The position numbers and the translations under genes are program-made. A DNA stretch of 49,599 nt, from NCBI GenBank assembly GCA_038238995.1, contig JBBSFF010000001.1, positions 1 to 49,599 on the forward strand. Reading direction: 5' to 3'. Position 1 is the first letter of the stretch, and every line of letters begins with the position of its first letter. Below, one piece after another: positions 18,544 through 27,519 of this stretch. Source of the DNA: Sphingomonadales bacterium (GTDB taxonomy: Bacteria; Pseudomonadota; Alphaproteobacteria; Sphingomonadales; Sphingomonadaceae). Under the pieces are notes generated by a model, which worked only from the letters and a program-made list of their open reading frames with translations, was not told the origin of the DNA and made no database searches.

Positions 18544-19548
18544 CTACGACCGGACCGCCTGCCAGAGACGAACCGCCTGAACCGTCGCGGCGACATCGTG
18601 GACCCGAACGATTTGCACGCCGCGCGCGGCTCCGTGCAGCGCCAGCGCGAGCGAGCCGCCGAGCCGGTCGCCGACGCGCGCGCCGTCCGACAAGGCCCCG
18701 ATCATTTGCTTGCGGCTCGCCCCGAGCAGCAGCGGTACGCCGAGGCCGTGGAACAGCGCGATCCCACGAAGCAATGCGAGATTATGCTCGAGCGTCTTGC
18801 CAAAGCCGATCCCAGGGTCGGCAATGATCCGGGCACGGTCGACCCCCGCCGCGACGCAGACTGCGATGCGCCCCGCGAGCCAGTCGAAGACATCGCGGAC
18901 GACGTCATCATACACTGGCGCGTTCTGCATCGTCTGCGGTGTGCCCTGCGCATGCATCAGCACTACCGGACACCCTCGTGCGGCGACGAAGGCGAGCGCG
19001 TAGGGGTCGTGCGTCAGCGCCGAGACGTCGTTGACGATCGTCGCTCCGGCATCAAGCGCCGCTGCCATCACCGCTGCCTTGCGCGTATCGATCGACACGG
19101 TCAGCCCGTCGACCCTGGCGAGCACCGGGCCAACTCGCGCCAGTTCCTCGACGAGACTTACCGTCGCCGCGCGTGGCCGGGTCGACTCGCCGCCGATATC
19201 GATGACGCTCGCCCCCGCCGCTGCCATCGCCTGCGCCGCGACAACCGGGTCGCCGCCTTGCCCGCCATCGCTGAAGCTGTCGGGAGTGACGTTGACGACG
19301 CCCATGACATGCACCCGGTCGAACTTGAGGCCGGCAATGGGCGAACGCGGGGCGATCAGCGCATTGCGCAGCCCAAGGATCTGCCGGCGGACCGGTTCGG
19401 GCAGGTCGGCGATACCGCGCTCCAGCCCCTCAAGCGGAAGGCGACGCTCGAGATCGTCGAGGAAAAGGCGCACCGTATCGAAGCGGACCGGCCCGCCAGC
19501 GAGCCGTTCGCCGTCGCCAAATCCGGTCGGCGCGAGGTGGACGCGCAG
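18544..19548 (-). CDS. folP: Dihydropteroate synthase
   Basis: MGVVNVTPDSFSDGG, DIGGESTRP, DPGIGFGK, GASRK, RVHDV; start uncertain (CTG at 19548 proposed). Confidence 0.93.
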   Translation of the reverse strand: MRVHLAPTGFGDGERLAGGPVRFDTVRLFLDDLERRLPLEGLERGIADLPEPVRRQILGLRNALIAPRSPIAGLKFDRVHVMGVVNVTPDSFSDGGQGGDPVVAAQAMAAAGASVIDIGGESTRPRAATVSLVEELARVGPVLARVDGLTVSIDTRKAAVMAAALDAGATIVNDVSALTHDPYALAFVAARGCPVVLMHAQGTPQTMQNAPVYDDVVRDVFDWLAGRIAVCVAAGVDRARIIADPGIGFGKTLEHNLALLRGIALFHGLGVPLLLGASRKQMIGALSDGARVGDRLGGSLALALHGAARGVQIVRVHDVAATVQAVRLWQAVRS

Positions 19549-19553
19549 GGCGA

Positions 19554-20096
19554 CTAGAGCCCGGCCAGTTCGACCGGCAACGCGTCGATCGCGGCAATCG
19601 CGACCGCGGTCGCACCGGCAACTACCGGCAGCGTTGCTGCATAGATGAAGCCGTACACCGGATAGTCGCGCCGTCCGATCTCGCCGACCGGCGCGTACCA
19701 TACCCTGACGCGGCTCCAATCACCGGCGTCGGAGGTATCGACCACTGCCACATCGTTCTCGACCTGGCCGCGACGTCCGTGGATTGGCGACCAATTGGCG
19801 TGCGTGACCCTGACTTCACGCGGCGACACCACCGCGCTGACCGTCGCGACATGGCCGACGTGGAGTGCTGCCGTCGCCTTGAAGACGAGCACTCCGCCAA
19901 CCCGCGGTGCGTTTCCCTGGGCATATTTCCCCGCCGCCTGGTCCCACCATGTCGCCGCATTTCCGTGCAAATCGATACCCGAAAAAGCTCGAGCGAACGT
20001 CACGCACTGCCACGGCCCGGCTGCGGCCGGCGTACCGCTCAGAATGCCCGCCGCCAAAGCGATGGAACCGACAAGGCGCGCCAACCGCTTATTCAT
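19554..20096 (-). CDS. Exported CHAP-domain peptidoglycan hydrolase-like protein
   Basis: Signal peptide; WQCVTFAR..SG...GNA.TWW, GHVA, HANW. Confidence 0.88.
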   Translation of the reverse strand: MNKRLARLVGSIALAAGILSGTPAAAGPWQCVTFARAFSGIDLHGNAATWWDQAAGKYAQGNAPRVGGVLVFKATAALHVGHVATVSAVVSPREVRVTHANWSPIHGRRGQVENDVAVVDTSDAGDWSRVRVWYAPVGEIGRRDYPVYGFIYAATLPVVAGATAVAIAAIDALPVELAGL

Positions 20097-20404
20097 GAAC
20101 TATCGCTCCCCCGCCTGCCACTTGGGTTTGCCGGGTGCCCCTGACGATGAATAGAGCTGAACGACTTCGATACGACGGATCGACCCCGCTTTACGACGAA
20201 GCGTCGCGGGTCCGGACCCGGTCAGCCCGTGCCCACATTCCGAGAGTGTCCTGAAAGCTTCATCGAAAACGGCACGATTTTCCTGGGTGCGACCGCGTGC
20301 GGCTTATTGACACCGAACCAAGTTGAGTTCATCGCAGCGTCAGTCTTGTGTTCAGGTTGGCAAAGCCCGGGCGCCTTGTCGGTTAACTTTGGGGGCTACA
20401 GCTC

Positions 20405-23400
20405 ATGTCTGTCGGTGTTTCGTTGCGCGTTCGCAATGCGTTGCTGCTCGGTTCGTCAGGCCTCGTCCTCGCAATGCAGGCGTCGGGTGCGGGCGCAGTC
20501 CCGGTCGTCTTCTACGACGGCGTTTCGACCATGCCGCTGGGCGCGGCCGCGACCACGGCGACGAGCACTGCAGGCGGTAACAATGCGCAGGCGACCCAGA
20601 CCGACACGACCGCGATCGGTGCCAATGCCAACGCGACTTCATCCGATTCCACCGCGTTCGGTTCGAACGCAAACGCAACCACCGGACCCAGTGCAACCGC
20701 GGTCGGTTCGTCGGCCTTCGCAACCGGCTTCCACGCGACCGCGATTGGTGCAGCGGCCGTTGCCTCGGGAACGAATACCGCTGCGTTCGGCTATCTGGCA
20801 CAGGCGCTCGGCAACGAAGGGACCGCGATCGGTAACAATACGGTTGTCGGCACGCTCGCGCAGGCGGCCACCGCGCTCGGTAACAGCGCGACGTTCACCA
20901 ATGCCGACAATACTTCGCTATCGACATCGGCGGTCAATGGCCTGACCTTCGGCGGGACCGCCGTCGCCCCTGTGCCATTCGACTCGACCAACAACCGCGG
21001 CGTCTCCTTCGGTGTTAGCGGCTCTGCGGCGTCACGGTTGCTCAATGTCGCCGCCGGTCGCATTACCTCGACTTCGACCGACGCCATCAATGGCGCCGAG
21101 CTCTACCAGGTTGCGACAACGTTACAGTCGAACATCACGTCCGGTGCAGGCGCGACCGCGAATGTGTCGACATCGCTGAGCAACGTTTCAATGTCGGTGA
21201 CCAACAACACCTCCTCGCTCGCCGCAGCTTCGATGTCGACGATGAACAACTCGAGTTCGATCGCAAATACGGCGATGTCGCTGACTAACGTATCGTCGTC
21301 GACCATGGGGAACTCGACCTCGATCGCCAACAACTCGACGTCGATCGCCGGTCTCGCCTCGTCCCTGAACAACGTGTCATCGTCAACCATGGGCAGTTCG
21401 ACCTCGATCGCCAACAGCTCGATGTCGATCGCCGGCCTCTCGTCGTCGTTGAATAATGTGTCGAGTTCGACCGCGAACAATTCAATGTCGATCGCGAACA
21501 GCTCGACTTCGATCGCCAACAACTCGACGTCGATCGCGAACACGACGAGCTCGCTGGGCAATGTGTCGACATCGACCGCGAACAACACTACATCGATCGC
21601 GAACAGTTCGATGTCGATCGCGGGTCTCGCGTCGTCGCTGAACAACGTGTCATCGTCGACCACGGGCAACTCGAGCTCGATCGCCGCGGGTTCGACCTCG
21701 ACCGCGAACAACTCGACGTCGATCGCCAATATCGCGACGTCGCTTGGCAATGTCTCGACATCGACCACGGCCAATTCGTCATCGACTGCCGCCAACTCGA
21801 TGTCGATTGCGGGTACTTCGTCGTCGACCGCTGCCAATTCGGCGTCGATCGCCGGTCTCGCGTCTTCCCTCACAAACGTGTCATCATCGACCGCGGCCAA
21901 CACGACGTCGATCGCCGGTCTGGCGTCGTCGCTGAACAACGTGTCGACGTCGACCGCAAACAATGCCATGTCGACCGCCAACAACTCGACGTCGATCGCC
22001 AACAACTCGACGTCGATCGCGAATGTCTCGGCTTCGCTCGCGAGCGTCATGACGTCGACCACCAACAACTCGGCGTCGATCGCCAACAACTCGGCGTCGA
22101 TCGCCGGGCTCGCATCGTCCCTGACTAACGTTTCGTCTTCGACGGCGAACAGTTCGACATCGATCGCCAACAATTCGACATCGATTGCGACCGTCGCCTC
22201 GTCGCTGACCAATGTGTCGTCGTCGACCGCGAACAATTCAATGTCGATCGCTGCCAACTCGACGTCGATCGCCAATGTGTCGACCTCCCTAGTGAGTGCG
22301 ACCACGTCGCTGACGGCGGCTGATACATCGCTCACGACACGGGTCAGCAGCTCGGAAGTGATCGTCGGTCAGAACGCGACGTCGCTGACGAATGCGTCGA
22401 ACTCGCTGACGACGCGGATCAGCAGCTCGGAAGTGGTCGTTAGCCAAAATGCGACGTCGCTTCAGGCGGCGTCGAACTCGCTGACCAACCGTGCGGTGGT
22501 CGACGAGGCGGTGATCACCGCGAACGGCGTGTCGCTGACCAACGCATCGAACTCGCTGTCGACGCGGGCATCGAACACCGAGGTCGCGCTGACCAATGCG
22601 TCGAATTCGCTTTCGACCCGGGCGACGACCGACGAGACGAGCCTGACGAACGCCTCGAACTCGTTGTCGACGCGCGCATCGACCACCGAGACCAACCTGA
22701 CCAACGCGTCGAATTCGCTGTCGACGCGCGCGACGGCCGACGAGACGAGCCTGACCAACGCGTCGAATTCGCTGACGACACGGATCTCGACGAGTGAAGT
22801 TAGGGTCACCGCGGTCAGCTCATCGGTAACTGCGGTCTCGTCATCGACCGCGACCAACACCGCGAACATCGCAGGTCTGACCAACGGAACGATCGGTGTC
22901 GTCGAGACGAACAACACCAGTGCCTATCCCTTCCCGACCGCGACCGGCCTCAATTCGCTGGCGATCGGGTACGGGTCGACTGGCAGCGGCGATGGATCGT
23001 TCGCGGCCGGTACCCAGGCGAGCGCCACCGGGTTCGAATCGACTGCGATCGGTCGCGGCGCGGTGGCCCAGGGCGGATCGGCAGTTTCGGTCGGCTCGCG
23101 TAACGTCGCCACCGGCAACGGTGCGGTCGCGATCGGTGATCCTAACGTCGCCACCGGCACCGGTGCGGTTGCGGTCGGTAACAGCAATACCGCCAACGGC
23201 CAGGGCGCGGTTGCCATCGGTAACCTGACCAACGCTGGCGGGCAGAGCTCGGTCGCGATCGGCGACTCGGCGAACGCCAGCCTGGTCGGGAACGTAGCGA
23301 TCGGCCAAAGCGCCATTACGACGGGAGCGCGCTCGGTCGCGATCGGTTCGGGTTCGACCGACGGTGGCCAGGCGGGCGTCTTCGCGGTCGGCGGCACGGC

Positions 23401-24115
23401 GGCGGGAACCCAACGCAAGGTCGTCAACGTCGCCCCAGGCACCATCGCCGCGGGGTCGACCGACGCGACCAACGGCGGTCAGTTCTTTACCTTCCAGACG
23501 TCGGTCGACACCCGGTTCGCGTCGATCGGGGTGGTCGGTCCGTTCGCCACGAACTCGGTGGCGGTCGGCGTCGGGTCGAATGCGGCGGCGAACGGCTCGG
23601 CCTTCGGGGTCAACGCCAATGCGTCCGGGGTCAGCTCGTTCGCCGGCGGGTATAATTCGGTCGCCGCCGGGACCAACTCGGTTGCACTCGGTGCCAGCTC
23701 GTCGGTCACCCCGGCTGGCGTCAACTCGGTCGCGATCGGTGCCGGGTCGGTTGCCAACACGCCCAACACAGTGTCGTTCGGAGCGCCGGGTGCCGAGCGT
23801 CGCCTGACGAACATCGCGCCGGGCATTCTGTCGACCGACGCGGCGACCCTCGGGCAGTTGAACTCGGTCCGTAACGACGAACGGCGTGCGCGCGGCGGTG
23901 TCGCGATGGCGCTCGCGGCAGCAACCGTCAACGTCCCGCTCGAGCCGGGCGAGATGGGTGTGGTCGGCGGCGTGGGCTACTTCCGCGGCGAGACCTCGCT
24001 TAACCTGAAGTATCAGGCACGCCCGGGCACGCAGTGGGTGCTCGGAGCGAGCGTGGGTGTCAGCACCCGCGCGGGCGATGTCGGTGCATCGGCGGGCGTC
24101 GGCTACAAGTGGTAG
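20405..24115 (+). CDS. Trimeric autotransporter adhesin (YadA-like) with long Ser/Thr/Asn-rich stalk
   Basis: Signal peptide; A(I/V)G..A.A head repeats; necks (NVAAG...STDAING, NVAPG...STDATNG, NIAPG..STDAATLGQL); anchor GGVAMALA...GVGYKW. Confidence 0.93.
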   Translation: MSVGVSLRVRNALLLGSSGLVLAMQASGAGAVPVVFYDGVSTMPLGAAATTATSTAGGNNAQATQTDTTAIGANANATSSDSTAFGSNANATTGPSATAVGSSAFATGFHATAIGAAAVASGTNTAAFGYLAQALGNEGTAIGNNTVVGTLAQAATALGNSATFTNADNTSLSTSAVNGLTFGGTAVAPVPFDSTNNRGVSFGVSGSAASRLLNVAAGRITSTSTDAINGAELYQVATTLQSNITSGAGATANVSTSLSNVSMSVTNNTSSLAAASMSTMNNSSSIANTAMSLTNVSSSTMGNSTSIANNSTSIAGLASSLNNVSSSTMGSSTSIANSSMSIAGLSSSLNNVSSSTANNSMSIANSSTSIANNSTSIANTTSSLGNVSTSTANNTTSIANSSMSIAGLASSLNNVSSSTTGNSSSIAAGSTSTANNSTSIANIATSLGNVSTSTTANSSSTAANSMSIAGTSSSTAANSASIAGLASSLTNVSSSTAANTTSIAGLASSLNNVSTSTANNAMSTANNSTSIANNSTSIANVSASLASVMTSTTNNSASIANNSASIAGLASSLTNVSSSTANSSTSIANNSTSIATVASSLTNVSSSTANNSMSIAANSTSIANVSTSLVSATTSLTAADTSLTTRVSSSEVIVGQNATSLTNASNSLTTRISSSEVVVSQNATSLQAASNSLTNRAVVDEAVITANGVSLTNASNSLSTRASNTEVALTNASNSLSTRATTDETSLTNASNSLSTRASTTETNLTNASNSLSTRATADETSLTNASNSLTTRISTSEVRVTAVSSSVTAVSSSTATNTANIAGLTNGTIGVVETNNTSAYPFPTATGLNSLAIGYGSTGSGDGSFAAGTQASATGFESTAIGRGAVAQGGSAVSVGSRNVATGNGAVAIGDPNVATGTGAVAVGNSNTANGQGAVAIGNLTNAGGQSSVAIGDSANASLVGNVAIGQSAITTGARSVAIGSGSTDGGQAGVFAVGGTAAGTQRKVVNVAPGTIAAGSTDATNGGQFFTFQTSVDTRFASIGVVGPFATNSVAVGVGSNAAANGSAFGVNANASGVSSFAGGYNSVAAGTNSVALGASSSVTPAGVNSVAIGAGSVANTPNTVSFGAPGAERRLTNIAPGILSTDAATLGQLNSVRNDERRARGGVAMALAAATVNVPLEPGEMGVVGGVGYFRGETSLNLKYQARPGTQWVLGASVGVSTRAGDVGASAGVGYKW
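21161..22300 (+). repeat. Intragenic 21-bp/7-aa heptad repeat array (NSTSIAN/LASSLNN/VSSSTAN)
   Basis: About 50 consecutive degenerate heptads visible in the translation and as recurring AACTCGACGTCGATCGCC in DNA. Confidence 0.9.
22328..22801 (+). repeat. Intragenic 75-bp (25-aa, x3) then 54-bp (18-aa, x5) repeats
   Basis: SLTTR.SSSEV...QNATSLTNASN units from 22328; SLTNASNSLSTRATTDET-type units 22532-22801. Confidence 0.88.
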
Positions 24116-24148
24116 CCCGCTCGATCGTCTGACCTTCGAAACCAAAGC

Positions 24149-24177
24149 AACGGCGCGTCAGATGATGACGCGCCGTT
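24149..24177 (+). terminator. 12-bp hairpin between the adhesin and downstream genes (weak terminator or mRNA stabiliser)
   Basis: AACGGCGCGTCA-GATGA-TGACGCGCCGTT; only a short U run follows. Confidence 0.6.
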
Positions 24178-24199
24178 TGCCGTTCGCTAGATAGAGCGC

Positions 24200-25312
24200 A
24201 TGAAGCTTCGCGTCGGCGTCACCTTCGGTCGAGCGAGCGACGACCCGACCGATCTGCTATGGTCGTCGGGCATCGGTCAGAATTGCGTTTTGCTCGTTCT
24301 GCTGCTCCAGCGCCTCGCCAGCATCTGTGAAGTCGTCGTAGTCGATTGCTCGGGTGCGCCCGCACCGCACCCGCTTGCAGCATGGTGTGGGATATCGACC
24401 GCGACCGCCGAGGAGGCTGCCGACCGGCTCGACCTGATCATCGAATGCGGGATGCGCGCTCCTGCCGACGCGATGCATCGATTTCGTGAACGCGGCGGGC
24501 GGCTGGTGTCGTACATGGCGGGCAATTCGATGGCGATGAACTTCGAGGCGCTGGCGAGTGCGATGCCGCACGGTGAAATCGTTTCCGCGGTGCCGTTCGA
24601 TGCGGTGTGGATCACCCCACAGCATTGGACGATGAACCGCGCGAGCTGCCTGCTGACCCGGTCCGATGTGGTCGAGCAAGTCCCTCACATCTGGGACCCG
24701 ATCTTCGTCGAGGCACGCGCCCGCGCGGCCGGACGCAATCCGTTCTATAAGGCCGACCGCGATACCGACGCGCTGCGTGTCGGTATCCTCGAGCCCAACG
24801 TCAATGTGCTCAAGACGTTTCATCTACCCCTCCTTGCCTGCGAGGAAGCCTTCCGGTTGGCGCCCGAATCGATCGACAATGTCCTGTTGTTCAACACCAG
24901 CTTGATCAAGCTCGTGCCGCACTTCCTCGAACTGACGAGCTCGCTCGACCTCTTCCGCGCCGGCAAACTCTTCGCCGAGGGGCGGATGCCGATCGCCGAG
25001 GTCCTCCACACCCACGTCGATGCGGTCGTTGTCCACCAATGGGAAAACGACCTCAACTACCTTTACTGGGACGTTCTGTGGAGCGGGCACCCGCTGATCC
25101 ACAACTCGCCATCGATCGAGGGGGTTGGCTACGCCTATGCCTCCTTCGACCCGGCCGATGGCGGGCGGGCGATCGTTGACGCGAGCCGTCGACATCGCGG
25201 GCGGGCGGCGGCGGCGCGCGCCGAGGCGATGGCGTTCCTCCACCGGTTCAGCATAGACTCGAGCGCAGTGCGTGCACGCCATGAAGAGTTGATCGCGGGA
25301 GTGATGGGATGA
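24200..25312 (+). CDS. DUF2827 family protein, copy 1 (putative GT-B glycosyltransferase)
   Basis: LRVGVT...LWSSGIGQN, EPNVNVLKT..P, HQWENDLNYLYWDVLWSGHPLIHNS; no signal peptide; family recognised from memory. Confidence 0.8.
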   Translation: MKLRVGVTFGRASDDPTDLLWSSGIGQNCVLLVLLLQRLASICEVVVVDCSGAPAPHPLAAWCGISTATAEEAADRLDLIIECGMRAPADAMHRFRERGGRLVSYMAGNSMAMNFEALASAMPHGEIVSAVPFDAVWITPQHWTMNRASCLLTRSDVVEQVPHIWDPIFVEARARAAGRNPFYKADRDTDALRVGILEPNVNVLKTFHLPLLACEEAFRLAPESIDNVLLFNTSLIKLVPHFLELTSSLDLFRAGKLFAEGRMPIAEVLHTHVDAVVVHQWENDLNYLYWDVLWSGHPLIHNSPSIEGVGYAYASFDPADGGRAIVDASRRHRGRAAAARAEAMAFLHRFSIDSSAVRARHEELIAGVMG

Positions 25313-25869
25313 AGGGCAGGGTGCGGGTCATGGCGGCGGCGGTCGCGCTGGCCGGGACCACGGTTCCCGCGGCGAGTGCGCCGCCGGTTCCCGGAGTGGC
25401 TGGCGGATTCCGCGCGAGCGGCGCCAGCGCGAATCAAAGACTTACCGCCGCGCTCGCGCAGATCCGGATGTCGACCTGCGCGTCGGTCTTTCAGCAGGCG
25501 GGGGCGTTCGTGTTCGAGACCGGCGAAGCAAACTTCACCGTCCAGCCGCTCGGCCCCGACGCGAACCGCTGGCCGACCGTCGTCACGATTGAAAGCAGCC
25601 ACCCGGCGACGGCGTCGACCAAGACGCCGCAGACCCGGCTAACGACGCTCGTCATCGCGCCGGCGGGGACATGTTCGGGACTCTATACTCAGGTCATCTA
25701 TTGGCCCGAAACGTGCGCCGCGTTGAAGGCGCGGGTGTTCACGGGCTTTGGCCCGGAGAAGCCGTTGCTCGCGCGCGTCATGCAGAGCGAGGCGAACCCG
25801 GGGTTGCAACTCTACCTCACCGCGGCGGGTCCGGGGTGCGTATCGGTCAAGAAAGAACTGATCGGGTGA
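25309..25869 (+). CDS. Exported hypothetical protein with 4 Cys
   Basis: Signal-peptide-like N-terminus; overlaps both neighbours by 4 bp (ATGA, GTGA). Confidence 0.8.
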   Translation: MKGRVRVMAAAVALAGTTVPAASAPPVPGVAGGFRASGASANQRLTAALAQIRMSTCASVFQQAGAFVFETGEANFTVQPLGPDANRWPTVVTIESSHPATASTKTPQTRLTTLVIAPAGTCSGLYTQVIYWPETCAALKARVFTGFGPEKPLLARVMQSEANPGLQLYLTAAGPGCVSVKKELIG

Positions 25870-27020
25870 GCGACCGGCGGGGGGACGGCGGGTACGTCAT
25901 CGGGATCACGATCTTCATCCAGAGCGACGGCGAGCTCGGCCTGTACGAGAATGGCCTGCGCCAGAACGTCCTGTTCCTGTACCAGATGTTCGCCGCCGCG
26001 CCGGGGTGTCGCCGCGTCCATTTGCTCAACCATGGCGACGGCGAGTTCACCGGCTGGCCGCCCGACCTCGGCATGGACGGGGTTCCGGTCGTCCGGACGG
26101 CGACGGTCGCCGACGATCTCGACGTCGTTATCATCCTCGGTGCGAGCATCGAGACCGCCGAACTCAAGGCGCTGCGCGAGCGCGGCATCCGCGTCATCGG
26201 TTACAAAGGCGGGAACGGCGCGGTGATCTCGCTCGAGGCGATCACCGCCAATCCGGTCCGGGCCGACGCCGAACGATATTTCGATCTCGATTGCTACGAT
26301 ATGCTGTGGATGACGCCGCAGCACCTCCACACTTATGCCGGCTGGTGTCGGACATTGTACCGCGTGCCCGTCGAGCCGATCCCGCAGATCTGGCGACCCA
26401 CCTTCATCGACCATCGCGCGAGCCACCTCGGCGACCGGTTCGGCTACCGGCCATCGGCGACCGGGTGGCGGGTCGGCATCATGGAGCCGAACATCACCGT
26501 GATGAAGACGAGTCACCTCGCGATGCTGGTGTGCGAGGCGGCGTGGCGGGCCGAGCCCGCGGCGGTGCGCGAGATATATGTTTCGAACACCGCCAAACAC
26601 CGCGAACAGCCGCATTTCCTCAGCTTCGCCAGCGCGTTGCGCGCCACCAAGGCGGGGGTGATGACGTTCGAGCCGCGCTTCGTTTCGGCAGATTTCCTGG
26701 CCAATTATTGCGACGCGGTGGTCACACATCATTGGCAGAACGGGCTCAACTACCTGTATTACGAGGTTCTCCACGGCGGCTATCCGCTGATCCACAACTC
26801 CGAATTCCTGCGCGACTACGGCTATTATTATCCGGATTTTGCTGCCGATGTCGGGGGCGAGGTGCTGCTTAAGGCGTTCCACAGCCACGATGCGAACCTC
26901 GATGCGTATCGGGCGACGAATGCCGAACTGCTCGCGCGACTGGCTCCGACGAATCCGGCGAATATCGCGCTCCACGAGCGATTGGTCGAGGCGGTCCTCG
27001 ACGCGCCAGCACGGCGCTGA
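25866..27020 (+). CDS. DUF2827 family protein, copy 2 (putative GT-B glycosyltransferase)
   Basis: IGITI...LYENGLRQN, EPNITVMKT, HHWQNGLNYLYYEVLHGGYPLIHNS; paralog of 24200-25312; GTG start reassigned to 25866. Confidence 0.8.
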   Translation: MSDRRGDGGYVIGITIFIQSDGELGLYENGLRQNVLFLYQMFAAAPGCRRVHLLNHGDGEFTGWPPDLGMDGVPVVRTATVADDLDVVIILGASIETAELKALRERGIRVIGYKGGNGAVISLEAITANPVRADAERYFDLDCYDMLWMTPQHLHTYAGWCRTLYRVPVEPIPQIWRPTFIDHRASHLGDRFGYRPSATGWRVGIMEPNITVMKTSHLAMLVCEAAWRAEPAAVREIYVSNTAKHREQPHFLSFASALRATKAGVMTFEPRFVSADFLANYCDAVVTHHWQNGLNYLYYEVLHGGYPLIHNSEFLRDYGYYYPDFAADVGGEVLLKAFHSHDANLDAYRATNAELLARLAPTNPANIALHERLVEAVLDAPARR

Positions 27021-27021
27021 C

Positions 27022-27519
27022 CTACTCCATGTGGTCGGGGGCGTAGCCCGGCGTCGGGACGATCGGCAGGACGGCGGCGAGGGCGGCGATCGCGATGAGC
27101 CAGCTGCCAGCGACCTTGAGCGCGATCCCGCGCCGGGTCGCGACGAGCCATACGGCTGGCAAACAAAGGGCAAGCAGCGGAGCGGCCTTGGCGATGTCGA
27201 GCGTCGTGCCTGCCACCGCGGTGGTCGCGCCCGCCCAGACCCCGGCATTGACCCCGAGCGCCAGCGCGATGCGATCGCCGATCCCGCGGCGTCGGTGGAT
27301 CGATGCAGCGGTGACGATGACGGACAGCCAGCAGCCGGTGAAGACATGATCGACCCAGCGCGGCGCGATCGGTGTCTGGGCGATAGCTGCGGCGGAAATC
27401 AATGCCATGACGATTGTGAGCAGTCGTGCCCCGCGCGGCGCATAGGCGAGCGCGAAGGCGAGCGCAGCGAACAGCAACGCCGGGGGCAGGACACCGCCCC
27501 TCAACGCAGCGCGGCCCAC
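27022..27519 (-). CDS. Hypothetical multi-TM membrane protein
   Basis: About 5 hydrophobic segments, C-terminal PGYAPDHME; overlaps the 3' end of hupE/ureJ. Confidence 0.75.
   Translation of the reverse strand: MGRAALRGGVLPPALLFAALAFALAYAPRGARLLTIVMALISAAAIAQTPIAPRWVDHVFTGCWLSVIVTAASIHRRRGIGDRIALALGVNAGVWAGATTAVAGTTLDIAKAAPLLALCLPAVWLVATRRGIALKVAGSWLIAIAALAAVLPIVPTPGYAPDHME

Noticed and set aside
20270-20400. c-di-GMP riboswitch or sigma54 promoter before the adhesin (GGCAAA; GG-N10-GC)
   Set aside because: Riboswitch stems not formed; the -12 element lacks TTGC
21103-22917. Repetitive antisense ORFs (AIDVELL repeats) and a CRISPR-like look of the DNA
   Set aside because: Shadow of the adhesin coding repeats; periods are multiples of 3 with synonymous variation, no unique spacers, no cas genes
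20405-24115. Ice-nucleation or antifreeze protein interpretation
   Set aside because: Repeats are heptad coiled-coil type with YadA heads and anchor, not 16-aa AGYGST or TxT beta-solenoid repeats
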